Assembly: GCA_040902205.1 (NCBI GenBank)
Contig: JBBDXR010000035.1
Location: 272 to 64,271 of the forward strand
Length of the DNA: 64,000 bases
Origin: Anaerolineales bacterium
GTDB taxonomy: Bacteria; Chloroflexota; Anaerolineae; Anaerolineales; UBA11579
Reading direction: 5' to 3'
Positions 10,259 through 19,147 of the stretch are shown piece by piece. Both the position numbers and the translations under genes were made by a program. Positions within the stretch are counted from its first letter, which is position 1. The number at the start of each line of letters is the position of its first letter. The notes under the pieces are model-generated. The model was not told the origin of the DNA, did no database searches, and was given only the letters and a program-made list of their open reading frames with translations.

Positions 10259-11178
10259 GTTCTTGCCTTCATGTATTTTTCGAAAACTGATGTGGAGGTG
10301 ACAGAGCCATGTTCAGGTACGATCAGGCCAGCACAATCCACGCGTTGCTCAAGCCATTCGAGACCGGCGTCCACCCCCAGGATGAGGACCGTCTTGGCGG
10401 CCATCTCTGCTTCCATCACGGTTGGGGCGATCACGGTAGCCGTGAGGACACCAGTTTCGGCCGGAAGGCCGCTACGTGGATCGATGATGTGATGCTGTAC
10501 GCGGCCATTGAGCTGCCATTGCCGCCTGTCGCGCCCAGAGGTGGCGATACCGCCGCGTCCAAGTTCAATGGTGTGCAAGGTGGCGCTATCGCGCGGGTCC
10601 TTGACATCGATGAGCCAGCCCTGGGATTCGCCGGTGGGGATATCTACGGCGATATCCCCGCCAGCGTCGACCATGACGGCGCCTAAAGGCGAAAGCCGCT
10701 TGGCCGTTTGGTGGGCGGCCCAACCTTTGGCGACTCCACCCAGATCAATACGTGCCCCTTCAAGGAGGGTAATAGTGCGGGAAATTGGGTCCGTGCGAAT
10801 TGTTTCTGCGGGTGGCGGCTCCAAGCTGAATTCAGTGAAGGCGTTGAACTGGATCTTCGCCATCTCCTTAAAACTGGAAACATAACCGGCGTACTCTAAC
10901 GCCGGAAGGATAGCGGGTGAAACCAGGCCTTGGCTTTGGCGGGCATTCTCGAGGGCGAGATGCACAACTTCCCAAAGGTCCATGCTCGCTGAGAATGGGG
11001 CGCCATTGCTCTGGTTGAGCCGGCTAAGTTCACTGTCGGAGCGGAAGCGGCTGAAGACCTGTTCCCATCCCTCGAACCAGCCGGGGACCCTTGAGAGTTG
11101 CGCGCCAACAGTGGCCTCGTCGTTATCGACGGCGACCAATACTTCTGTGCCCATGGCGCGGAATTCAAATCGGTGCAT
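10249..11178 (-). CDS. apbE: FAD:protein FMN transferase
   Basis: FRAMGT, FSRFRSDSELSRLN, IDLGGVAKGW, DAGGD, IATSG, HHIIDPRSG. Confidence 0.93.
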   Translation of the reverse strand: MHRFEFRAMGTEVLVAVDNDEATVGAQLSRVPGWFEGWEQVFSRFRSDSELSRLNQSNGAPFSASMDLWEVVHLALENARQSQGLVSPAILPALEYAGYVSSFKEMAKIQFNAFTEFSLEPPPAETIRTDPISRTITLLEGARIDLGGVAKGWAAHQTAKRLSPLGAVMVDAGGDIAVDIPTGESQGWLIDVKDPRDSATLHTIELGRGGIATSGRDRRQWQLNGRVQHHIIDPRSGLPAETGVLTATVIAPTVMEAEMAAKTVLILGVDAGLEWLEQRVDCAGLIVPEHGSVTSTSVFEKYMKARTWN

Positions 11179-11181
11179 GGC

Positions 11182-11565
11182 CTAGGAGGAGCCGCTGCTG
11201 GTTGCGGGTCCCGAGGAGCGGTTCCCTTGCACCACCACCGGGCCGTTGCTCCGGCGGGAGGTCGGCTGCGGCTGGCTGACAGTCCGCAGGCCCTCAGTGG
11301 AGACTGGAGTTGCAGCGGGGCCGGTTGGCTCGGGACCAGTGGGCAGGTTCAACGAGATCAGGGTGGGCAAAGGCGGCAAGGCGATTGAATAAGCCACTGA
11401 CGGGGCGGTGGCTGCCGCAGCTAGGTCCGCCTGTTTGGCGACACGATCCACGTTGGCGAACAAAGACCAGAAGGCGATCGTGGCGGCTATCGATCCGCTG
11501 CCGATCAGAAGTTTGATCCCTTCCAGGTCGAACGGGTGCTTCTTAATTGCAGGTTGATTAGGCAT
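11182..11565 (-). CDS. Small membrane-anchored Pro/Ser/Thr-rich protein ending in TSSGSS
   Basis: ATG at 11565 with GGAG RBS; one TM segment (LLIGSGSIAATIAFWSLFA); lies within the PepSY-apbE operon. Confidence 0.75.
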   Translation of the reverse strand: MPNQPAIKKHPFDLEGIKLLIGSGSIAATIAFWSLFANVDRVAKQADLAAAATAPSVAYSIALPPLPTLISLNLPTGPEPTGPAATPVSTEGLRTVSQPQPTSRRSNGPVVVQGNRSSGPATSSGSS

Positions 11566-11594
11566 GTGGGCTCCGGCTGGCGGAATGTGCCAGC

Positions 11595-12329
11595 TCAATC
11601 ATCATCGGACTCGTCCTCGTGGTCGTCGTCGCGGTCCTCGTGGCTGTCCTCTGCGCCGGAACCTGTCGCCGCTAACCGCACGAGCAGGATCTGGCCGTAT
11701 TGGTCGACGAACACGGCGTCACTGTTGGAGAATTTGACCCGGTACACGTTTAAGCCATACAGCTGAACCGTCTCCACTTTGAAAACGTCGCTGCGGCCCA
11801 TATAGCCGGCGGCAATTTGAGCGGCCTGTTCAGCCGTGATGGGGCTTGGTTCAAGGTTGATGGTGCCGTTGAACAGCAAGTCCCCGCTGGTGGCATCGAT
11901 GTAGATGTTGCCGATATCGAAGGGTACTTCATAGGCCACAATCCCCTCGTAGTTCACCAGCTGGGCTTCGCCCTGTAGCTGGGCCCCGCTCAAAGCGGAG
12001 CCAAGGGCTATCTGCACGGCTCCCTCCGGGGAGATCGTGGTGGCCACCGGTTCTTCCTGACCGGATTGCGCATTAGCCTCGGCAGCCGCCAGGGCCACCT
12101 GGGCTTGCGCCAGTTGCTGATTCGCCTGGTCGATCAATTGGGTATATGCCACCTCGCGTTCGGAGATCAACTGGGCCATGTCCGGGCTAATCGTTCCCTC
12201 AACCGCCGGGGCGGCCTGGCTGCCAACCGGGCTGGCAACAGGCGAAGTAGCGGCGAACACGGTGGCCACGGCAAAAAGCGAGAAGACGGTGAGAACTAAG
12301 GCGATCCATAAGGCAGGTTTATGTAGCAT
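11595..12329 (-). CDS. Secreted PepSY-domain protein with acidic/His C-terminal tail
   Basis: Signal peptide; two PepSY-like units (ISPEGAVQIAL...YEVPF...IDATSG; ITAEQAAQIAA...YRVKF...VDQYG); tail EDSHEDRDDDHEDESDDD. Confidence 0.85.
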   Translation of the reverse strand: MLHKPALWIALVLTVFSLFAVATVFAATSPVASPVGSQAAPAVEGTISPDMAQLISEREVAYTQLIDQANQQLAQAQVALAAAEANAQSGQEEPVATTISPEGAVQIALGSALSGAQLQGEAQLVNYEGIVAYEVPFDIGNIYIDATSGDLLFNGTINLEPSPITAEQAAQIAAGYMGRSDVFKVETVQLYGLNVYRVKFSNSDAVFVDQYGQILLVRLAATGSGAEDSHEDRDDDHEDESDDD

Positions 12330-12375
12330 GAGAAGCTCCTTTGCTTTATACGGCGTCTAGCTTAGCTGCCAGGTA

Positions 12376-12423
12376 TGAGAAAAGTCTGGGAAAGCGCTGC
12401 CAGTTCTCCAATTGTTTTCCAAT
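12376..12423. promoter_or_regulatory. Candidate OmpR-family binding sites (11-bp-period direct repeats) in the divergent promoter
   Basis: TGAGAAAAGTC/TGGGAAAGCGC (12376-12397) and TTCTCCAAT/TTTTCCAAT (12404-12423), each with an 11-bp period. Confidence 0.4.
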
Positions 12424-12484
12424 GGATTGGGCTTACACTTAACCCACAAGAGCCCGCCTTGAATCCACTTTATGGTGACAGACA

Positions 12485-13168
12485 GTGCGCGTTTTGGTCA
12501 TTGAGGATGATAGGCGCCTTGCCAAGCTAATCGCCCAGGTATTTTCGGAGGAGCACTTTGCCGTCGATTTAGCCCACGATGGGGACGTGGGCCTAGAACT
12601 TGCTTTGCGCGGCGTGCATGACGTGGTTGTCGTGGATTGGATGCTGCCAAAACGAGATGGCCCGGCCATTTGCCGGGCTATGCGCGAAGCCAGGCTGAAG
12701 ACCGGCATCCTCATGTTAACGGCACGCGGGCAGCTGGAAGATCGCGTGGCAGGCCTGGAGACCGGCGCGGATGACTACCTGGTGAAGCCGTTCGCCTTCG
12801 ATGAGTTGCTCGCCCGGGTACGCGCCCTGGGGCGCCGAGTGGCCGGATCGCAGAGCGATGTGAAGGAATTGCGCGTCGGCTCTTTGGTTATGGATCTTTT
12901 TTCCCATCGGGCGCGTCGCAAGGAAATATCCCTCGAACTTAGCAAAACGGAATGGGCGCTGCTGGAATACCTGATGCGCCACCCTGGCCAGGTGCTTACC
13001 CATCAAAATATCCTGGACTACGTATGGTCCGATGAAAAAGCGGTTCAAAGCAGCATGGTGGCGGTGTACATCTCGTATTTGAGGAACAGGCTCAGCGTCG
13101 CTGGCATGCGCGATCCCATCGAGACCGTGCACGCCATCGGATACCGCTTGGTGGCTGACTATGCTTAG
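12485..13168 (+). CDS. OmpR/PhoB-family response regulator
   Basis: VIEDD, VVVDWMLP (phospho-acceptor Asp), LMLTA, GADDYLVKPF, winged-helix C-terminus ETVHAIGY. Confidence 0.95.
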   Translation: MRVLVIEDDRRLAKLIAQVFSEEHFAVDLAHDGDVGLELALRGVHDVVVVDWMLPKRDGPAICRAMREARLKTGILMLTARGQLEDRVAGLETGADDYLVKPFAFDELLARVRALGRRVAGSQSDVKELRVGSLVMDLFSHRARRKEISLELSKTEWALLEYLMRHPGQVLTHQNILDYVWSDEKAVQSSMVAVYISYLRNRLSVAGMRDPIETVHAIGYRLVADYA

Positions 13169-14537
13169 GACCCTTCACTGGAAATTGACGTTAACCTTCC
13201 TGGGAGCCACCTTGTTGCTCTTGCTCCTGGTTGGGGGGAGCGCTTACACCGGTCTGCGCAGCTATCTAGAACGCCGCGTCGACCTGGACCTGAACCACTC
13301 CATGACCACCCAGTTCCAGCTCTTCGGGTTTTCCTTGCCGCCGGAGTTGGCCCAGTCTGAGCTGGAATGGCGCGAAGATCAGGGCGCTGCTATCAGTAGT
13401 TTTGTCGGCGGAGCCCTCCCTGTGGGTGAGGAGGCAGAGGAGGGAGAGGAGGGAGAAGGCGAAGGGGCTACCCATGAACAGCATGAACTGCTAGAGAATG
13501 CTTATGCATCGGATCTCGCCTTGATTTTTGTGCTCCCTTTGGATCGGGATGGCAACCTTCTATTTAATCCAAATCCCTATACCCTTCCGATGCAGCCGGA
13601 TAAAGCGGGCAGCGCGGCTGCGCTGGAGACAGGAAATGATCTGCGTTCTGTTAATTTACCTAATGGGCAACGCGTTCGTCTGTTGAGCTACCGCACCAGC
13701 CCGGGCGGGCAACCTGCTTTACTGCAAGTGGGCAGATTATTGGCTGAGCAGGACCGAGTCCTTGGACAGTTGTCCGCCAGCTTTGGGCTGATCGGCGCTT
13801 TAGTGTTGGCCCTGGCCGGCGTTGGAAGCTGGTGGCTGGCCGCCCGAACCCTGCGTCCGGCCCAACAGGCCTGGGACCAGCAGCAGACTTTCGTGGCCAA
13901 CGCCAGCCACGAATTACGCACGCCGCTGACCTTGATGCGCGCCAGCGCCGAGGTCGCCCTGCGCGGCGAGCGGGGCTCCAAGCAGACCGAACTCCTGAAC
14001 GACGTGTTGAAGGAGGCCGATTACATGGGCCTCTTGGTGGAGGATCTTCTCCTGTTATCCCGCTTGGACGGGGGCCGCTTGCATCTTGATATGGAGTCGA
14101 TCGCGGTAAGCGGATTCTTGCAGGAGCTGAAAGCGCAGGCCGGGAAGTTGGCTGGCGGGAGCCAGGTGAACGTACGGGAGGGTGAGGGGGTGATCCGTGG
14201 AGATCGCGCCCGGCTTCGTCAGGTCTTATTGATCCTTTTGGACAACGCGCTGAAGCATAACCCTGCGGGGACGCGAGTAGATGTGTGGTCTCAAAGGGTG
14301 AACGGGAAAATTGAGATCGCGGTAAAGGATGAAGGCCAGGGTATTCCCGCCGAACACCTCGACCACATTTTCGAACGTTTCTACCAGATAGGCGCGGAGA
14401 CGGGCGTAACTCATAGCCATGGCTTAGGCTTATCGATCGCCAAGGGGCTCGTCGACTTGCATAAGGGCGCGCTTCGCGTGGAGAGCAAAAAGGGTCAGGG
14501 ATCTCAGTTCACTGTTTCGCTTCCCGGCGAGGCCTAG
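13161..14537 (+). CDS. Sensor histidine kinase
   Basis: Two TM segments, H-box FVANASHELRTPL, N-box LLDNALKH, G1 DEGQGIP, F-box IFERFY, G2 GLGLSIAK. Confidence 0.95.
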   Translation: MLRTLHWKLTLTFLGATLLLLLLVGGSAYTGLRSYLERRVDLDLNHSMTTQFQLFGFSLPPELAQSELEWREDQGAAISSFVGGALPVGEEAEEGEEGEGEGATHEQHELLENAYASDLALIFVLPLDRDGNLLFNPNPYTLPMQPDKAGSAAALETGNDLRSVNLPNGQRVRLLSYRTSPGGQPALLQVGRLLAEQDRVLGQLSASFGLIGALVLALAGVGSWWLAARTLRPAQQAWDQQQTFVANASHELRTPLTLMRASAEVALRGERGSKQTELLNDVLKEADYMGLLVEDLLLLSRLDGGRLHLDMESIAVSGFLQELKAQAGKLAGGSQVNVREGEGVIRGDRARLRQVLLILLDNALKHNPAGTRVDVWSQRVNGKIEIAVKDEGQGIPAEHLDHIFERFYQIGAETGVTHSHGLGLSIAKGLVDLHKGALRVESKKGQGSQFTVSLPGEA

Positions 14538-14605
14538 CCCGCTGGCGCGCAGTGGGTATTGAATTAGAATTGCGACTTATTCCTCGCGGCCGATCGGCAA
14601 ATCGA

Positions 14606-15151
14606 ATGACAGAAGACTATTCCATCGACGGACCGAATTCCTGGCTCTCGCCCAAACTCGAGACCCGCATCGATAAGACCATCGAGGGCCGCGGCATGTT
14701 CGCCGCCAAACCCATCAAGGCCGATGAGCTGCTGGTGCTGTGGGGCGGGGATGTGGTGGAGCGCGCCCAATGGGAGAAGCTGGCTGAACACCAGAAGCGC
14801 CAGAGTGCCCAGGCGGAAGAGAACCTCTACCTGGTTTCCAGCAAGCCGGGACCGGGCGACTGGATCAATCACTCGTGCGACCCCAACGCCGGCCTGGAGG
14901 GCCAGATCGCCGTCGTAGCCATGCGCGACATTGCTCCGGGCGAAGAAGTGACTATCGACTACGCCATGTGCGATGGCGATCCCGACGATTCGTTCGAATG
15001 CCTGTGCGGCTCGCCGCGCTGCCGGCACATCGTCACCGGCAACGATTGGCAGCTGCCGGAGCTGCAGCGGCGCTATGCGGGTCATTTCTCGCCCTTTCTC
15101 GAGAGGCGCATCCGGCGCCTGGCTGGCCCTACTAAGGAGACAACATGCTGA
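14606..15151 (+). CDS. SET-domain protein-lysine methyltransferase with post-SET
   Basis: GRGMFA, INHSCDPN, GEEVTIDY, post-SET CLCGSPRCR. ATG at 14606 preferred over GTG at 14552. Confidence 0.9.
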   Translation: MTEDYSIDGPNSWLSPKLETRIDKTIEGRGMFAAKPIKADELLVLWGGDVVERAQWEKLAEHQKRQSAQAEENLYLVSSKPGPGDWINHSCDPNAGLEGQIAVVAMRDIAPGEEVTIDYAMCDGDPDDSFECLCGSPRCRHIVTGNDWQLPELQRRYAGHFSPFLERRIRRLAGPTKETTC

Positions 15152-15510
15152 GGGAATTCCGCGAATTCGCCGTGCGGGGTAACGCCATCGACCTGGCCGT
15201 CGGCCTGGTTATCGGGGCGGCGTTCACCTCAGTGGTCAATACCCTGGTGAACGGCATCCTCATGCCGCCCATCGGCCTGATCTTTGGCGGGGCTGATTTC
15301 CAGGACCTATTCCTGGTGCTTAAGCCGGGTGCCGTGCCTGGCCCCTACGCCGGCCTGCAGGCCGCGCAGGAGGCCGGGGCGGTGACGCTCAATTATGGGC
15401 AATTGGGCACGGCCATCATCAATTTCGTCATTGTAGCCTTTGCCATGTTTCTCGTAATCAAGGCCCTCAATCGCCTAAATAGGTCCGCCCCGGTCAACGC
15501 CAAGAGCTAG
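15145..15510 (+). CDS. mscL: Large-conductance mechanosensitive channel
   Basis: MLREFREFAVRGNAIDLAVGLVIGAAF...LNYGQLGTAIINF; AAGGAG RBS. Confidence 0.96.
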   Translation: MLREFREFAVRGNAIDLAVGLVIGAAFTSVVNTLVNGILMPPIGLIFGGADFQDLFLVLKPGAVPGPYAGLQAAQEAGAVTLNYGQLGTAIINFVIVAFAMFLVIKALNRLNRSAPVNAKS

Positions 15511-15571
15511 CTGGCTGGTACCCTTGGGGGAGGACGGGGTTAACCCCCTTCCGCTATAATCTTCTACTCTC

Positions 15572-16036
15572 ATGAAAGATCCTCGAAGCGCGCCATTCTC
15601 GGGAACTAATCATATGCTGCCGGATCCCAAGGCGGCTCTTAGCCGTCCAGGGCAGGGGATGCTTGAATTCGCTATCATCCTCCCCTTGTTACTGGTGATT
15701 TTGGCGGCGATTGCGGACTTGGGCATCATGTATCTCACGGCCCAAACGATCCAGCACGCCAGTCGTGAAGGCGCCCGATTTGCCGTAAAGCTGGGCGATT
15801 TGAGTGAGGATGATGCGCGGGTAAGTGATTACGTGGAAGCCCAGATCCCCGACATCGATTTATATTCCAGTTTCAATAGCATCACCACCGCGTTCCCCGG
15901 TTGCGATTTGGCCGATGAGGTTACAGTAACCGTTGCCGGTGAATACAACTTCCTTGCCCTCAATTTGATCGGGCTGGAGAGTATCCCATTAAGTTTGTCG
16001 ACCACCATGCGTTATGAATCGTGCGGGTTTGAATGA
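15572..16036 (+). CDS. TadE-like minor pilin (pseudopilin)
   Basis: GQGMLEFAIILPLL ... ASREGAR prepilin/TadE motif; start may be 15614. Confidence 0.88.
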   Translation: MKDPRSAPFSGTNHMLPDPKAALSRPGQGMLEFAIILPLLLVILAAIADLGIMYLTAQTIQHASREGARFAVKLGDLSEDDARVSDYVEAQIPDIDLYSSFNSITTAFPGCDLADEVTVTVAGEYNFLALNLIGLESIPLSLSTTMRYESCGFE

Positions 16037-17388
16037 TGAAATCTAAAATTTGCAGGCTAATGAATCGAGCCAGACAGCGAGAGCAGGGCCAGGTGATGGT
16101 TCTGTTGATCGTGGTCTCGGTTGTCCTCTTTGCGGCTGCCGTGATCGCCATTGATCTTGGCACCTACGTCTGGGAGCGGCAAGAACTGGAAATTGCCGTG
16201 GATGCAGCCGCCCTAGCCGGCGGGTTGGAACTGCCCGAAAGTGGAGCAGCGGCTCGCAGTTCGGCTCTTGAGTATATCGGTCTTAACGACCCAGATGTGG
16301 ATCTGGCCGATGTGACCACCACCTTCCGCTGTCTGGTTGGCGACCGCGATGATAATGGCTCTCCCGATGCCAGCGACGTCCCTGCCGTCTGCAATCCTGG
16401 GGCCGGCGCATCCTGGACTTGCTCCGACAGGCTGTGCGTTAGCCAGTGTGATCCCTTTACCGGCTCCAACCGCTGCAACGTCATAGACGTGGATGCCACA
16501 AAGGAGGTTTCGCTCACCTTCACGCAATTGCTCGGCTTTCCCCCTGTCGAGATTACGGCCAGCCGCAATGGCGCCTGCAAGGGTTTTTGCGGCACCGCGC
16601 CTACCTCGCCCCTCGATGTCGTAATCGTGATCGATCGCTCCGGTTCCATGTCCAGCTCTGAATTGACGGATGCCAAGAACGGCGCTTTGGCCGTGCTTGA
16701 AATCTTCGATCCTCAATACCAGCATGTCGCCCTGGCCGTGCTGGGGACAGGCAACCCCTCGGATGTTTGTGAGCAGATCGAACCAGATCATGGAGGAGAC
16801 TGGCTCATCGTGCCGCTGAGCGATGATTACAAGAATGCGGATGGCACGTTGAATAGCAGTAGCGACCTGGTTTCCATAATTCAATGCATCGGCACCTCGT
16901 CCCAGGGCACCAACCTGGGCAGCCCACTATCTGATTCCTTTTACAACCGGGCGGATGCCTTGGAGGAATTGCTGAATTCCGGTCAGGAGGGCGCGACACA
17001 GGGAATCATCTTGTTCAGCGATGGCGCGGCGAATGAGCCGGACCCTATGGCCGGGGATGATAACCCTTGCCAATATGCCTATGATCGCGCCGCCGTGGTG
17101 AAAGGTAATGATATCGAGGTCTTTACGATCGGCTATGGGGTACAGAGCGAGTACTGCGACGACGATAGTGGCGCCTATAATTACGAACGCGTGACCGAGC
17201 TCTTGGCCAATATGGCCACGGATTCGGCCGATGACCAGGGGCACTGCGCCAACGCTGCCAGCATTGCGGCTGAAAACGGCGATGGCGACCATTTCCTGTG
17301 CCAGGCCGAAGGTGGAGATCTGGATTTCGTGTTCGTTACGGCGGCCAGCGCCCTGGCGCCCGGCGTACGGTTAATAGGCGCGCCCTGA
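16033..17388 (+). CDS. TadG-like minor pilin with a vWA domain
   Basis: GQVMVLL...AIDLG...AVDAAALAGG Tad N-terminus; MIDAS DRSGS, GTN, SDG; many Cys residues. Confidence 0.88.
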   Translation: MMKSKICRLMNRARQREQGQVMVLLIVVSVVLFAAAVIAIDLGTYVWERQELEIAVDAAALAGGLELPESGAAARSSALEYIGLNDPDVDLADVTTTFRCLVGDRDDNGSPDASDVPAVCNPGAGASWTCSDRLCVSQCDPFTGSNRCNVIDVDATKEVSLTFTQLLGFPPVEITASRNGACKGFCGTAPTSPLDVVIVIDRSGSMSSSELTDAKNGALAVLEIFDPQYQHVALAVLGTGNPSDVCEQIEPDHGGDWLIVPLSDDYKNADGTLNSSSDLVSIIQCIGTSSQGTNLGSPLSDSFYNRADALEELLNSGQEGATQGIILFSDGAANEPDPMAGDDNPCQYAYDRAAVVKGNDIEVFTIGYGVQSEYCDDDSGAYNYERVTELLANMATDSADDQGHCANAASIAAENGDGDHFLCQAEGGDLDFVFVTAASALAPGVRLIGAP

Positions 17389-17396
17389 TCCCCAAC

Positions 17397-18854
17397 GTGA
17401 AACGAGCGTTTAGCTCCTTCCGGCGTCTGCAGCAGCCACCCAGCGGGCAAGGCGTGGTGGAATTCGCCTTGGTGATTCCCCTGCTGATCGCGCTGTTCTT
17501 TGCCATTCTGGAATTGGGTTTTTACATGATGACCAATCTAACGGTCCAGAACGCGGTGCGCGAGGGCGCTCGCATGGCTTCCACCCTGATCGATCTGGAA
17601 GATGATGATCCCCGTGTGCTCACCTTTGTAGAAGACCTGATCCCCAATGATGGCCCCTTCGCCGGCTTTGTGGGCGGCACCACTAATACCGGGGTCGCGG
17701 ACTGCGAAGCGAACGACCTGGTTACAGTGACAGTATCGGGTGAATATAATTTCGTAGCCCTCAATTCTCTCGGTCTGAATGGGTTTGAAGTGGAATACGA
17801 GCAAACTACGCGCTATGAGCTATGCGGTATTTTCCCGGTGAGCAATACCGCCGTGCCTGAAGCGCCAACCTCTGCGGTGACTGACACGCCCGGCCCGACA
17901 GGCACGCCCACGAACACGCTTACGCCTTCGCCTAGCCCCACGCGCACGCCTACCGGCGTCACCGTCACGTTTACCGCCACGAATACAGCTATCGGCGCCA
18001 TTGCAGCACCGGTGTGGATCGGCGGCACCTATTATCCGTCGGGTGGGGACTGCAATAACCTTACTCTCAATTGGGACTCGAACAACACCTGGGCGACGAA
18101 CCCCGGTTTCGGTCCCAGCACTTACACACGCTACGTGAATGGTATTTCTTACGGCACCCAGTCTGCGAACTATCCCAACACAGTAACCTGGAATTCTGGG
18201 ATCGATGTGCTCAACGGCCAGACCATCGTATTCGAATGGGTCGCCAATTTTTCGGGCGGGTTGACCTCCATGCCCCTGTGGAAGTCCTGGCGCTGCAGCA
18301 ACGGCAGCATGGATCCGCAATCCACGCCTACGCCAACTTCCGCGCCCACTCAAACATACACGCCTTCGCTGACGCGCACGCCAACGCACACGAATACAGC
18401 CACCATCACGTTCACGCCGTCTATCACACGCACGCCATCCACCACCCCGACGCGTACGCTCACCCCGACAGTAACGCGCACGCCAACGCGGACTAACACG
18501 CCATCCAGCACACCGACGGTCGGCCCTCCTGTGGCTCCGGTGTTCGTGGATGTTGATTGGACCCCATCCGGGTGGAGCTGCCTTAATTTGAGCCTCACCT
18601 GGGATGCGAACAACACCTGGGCCACCTACCCAGGCTTCGGCCCGCATGATTATGACCGCTGGAGGAACGGGGCCTATCAGGGTCAACAGACCGCTAACTA
18701 CCCGAACAACGTGACCTGGAGTTCGACGTTCGATCTTTCGCACAACGGCACCGTGCTTTACGAGATTGAAGCCAATTTCACAGGTGTGCCAAACTCGCAA
18801 CCGCTGGTGAAAGAATTCCTGTGCAGATATGGCAGTCTCATTACTGTCCAGTAG
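17397..18854 (+). CDS. TadE-like pilin fused to Thr/Pro linkers and two copies of an unrecognised approx. 85-aa domain
   Basis: GQGVVEFALVIPLL...AVREGAR; PT/TPT-rich linkers; internal repeat C.NL.L.WD.NNTWAT.PGFGP...ANYPN.VTW...ANF...PL.K...C. GTG at 17397 is the likely start. Confidence 0.88.
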   Translation: MKRAFSSFRRLQQPPSGQGVVEFALVIPLLIALFFAILELGFYMMTNLTVQNAVREGARMASTLIDLEDDDPRVLTFVEDLIPNDGPFAGFVGGTTNTGVADCEANDLVTVTVSGEYNFVALNSLGLNGFEVEYEQTTRYELCGIFPVSNTAVPEAPTSAVTDTPGPTGTPTNTLTPSPSPTRTPTGVTVTFTATNTAIGAIAAPVWIGGTYYPSGGDCNNLTLNWDSNNTWATNPGFGPSTYTRYVNGISYGTQSANYPNTVTWNSGIDVLNGQTIVFEWVANFSGGLTSMPLWKSWRCSNGSMDPQSTPTPTSAPTQTYTPSLTRTPTHTNTATITFTPSITRTPSTTPTRTLTPTVTRTPTRTNTPSSTPTVGPPVAPVFVDVDWTPSGWSCLNLSLTWDANNTWATYPGFGPHDYDRWRNGAYQGQQTANYPNNVTWSSTFDLSHNGTVLYEIEANFTGVPNSQPLVKEFLCRYGSLITVQ

Positions 18855-19147
18855 ATATGGCTCAAGACCGGGCTCAGGCCTACACAGTAGAGGCGCGGCC
18901 AAAAAATGACTGAGGTGGCGATCACCTTCTTGCTGTTAGCGCTGCTGCCTCTCCCGGCTCTCGCTCTGGGGCGCGCCTTTTCTCCCTACATCGCCGTGCG
19001 TGAAGTCGGCGGCAGCCTGCGGAGGGCGGTTAGCTACGATTTTCAATTGACAACACCGATAGTCGGTTCTATCATTGGCCCATACCATTTCCCCCTTTCG
19101 CTGAAGGCCAGTTGCACCACACTGCGGCCGGAATGCTGAACGGACTT

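Noticed and set aside
18320-18530. ACGCC(A/G)ACG-type DNA periodicity resembling a repeat array
   Set aside because: Explained by the coding Thr/Pro linker; no spacer structure, so not CRISPR.
18906-19139. 77-aa ORF with a hydrophobic start between the tad cluster and the secreted protein
   Set aside because: No motif or RBS; it overlaps the next gene's promoter and start region; not supportable.
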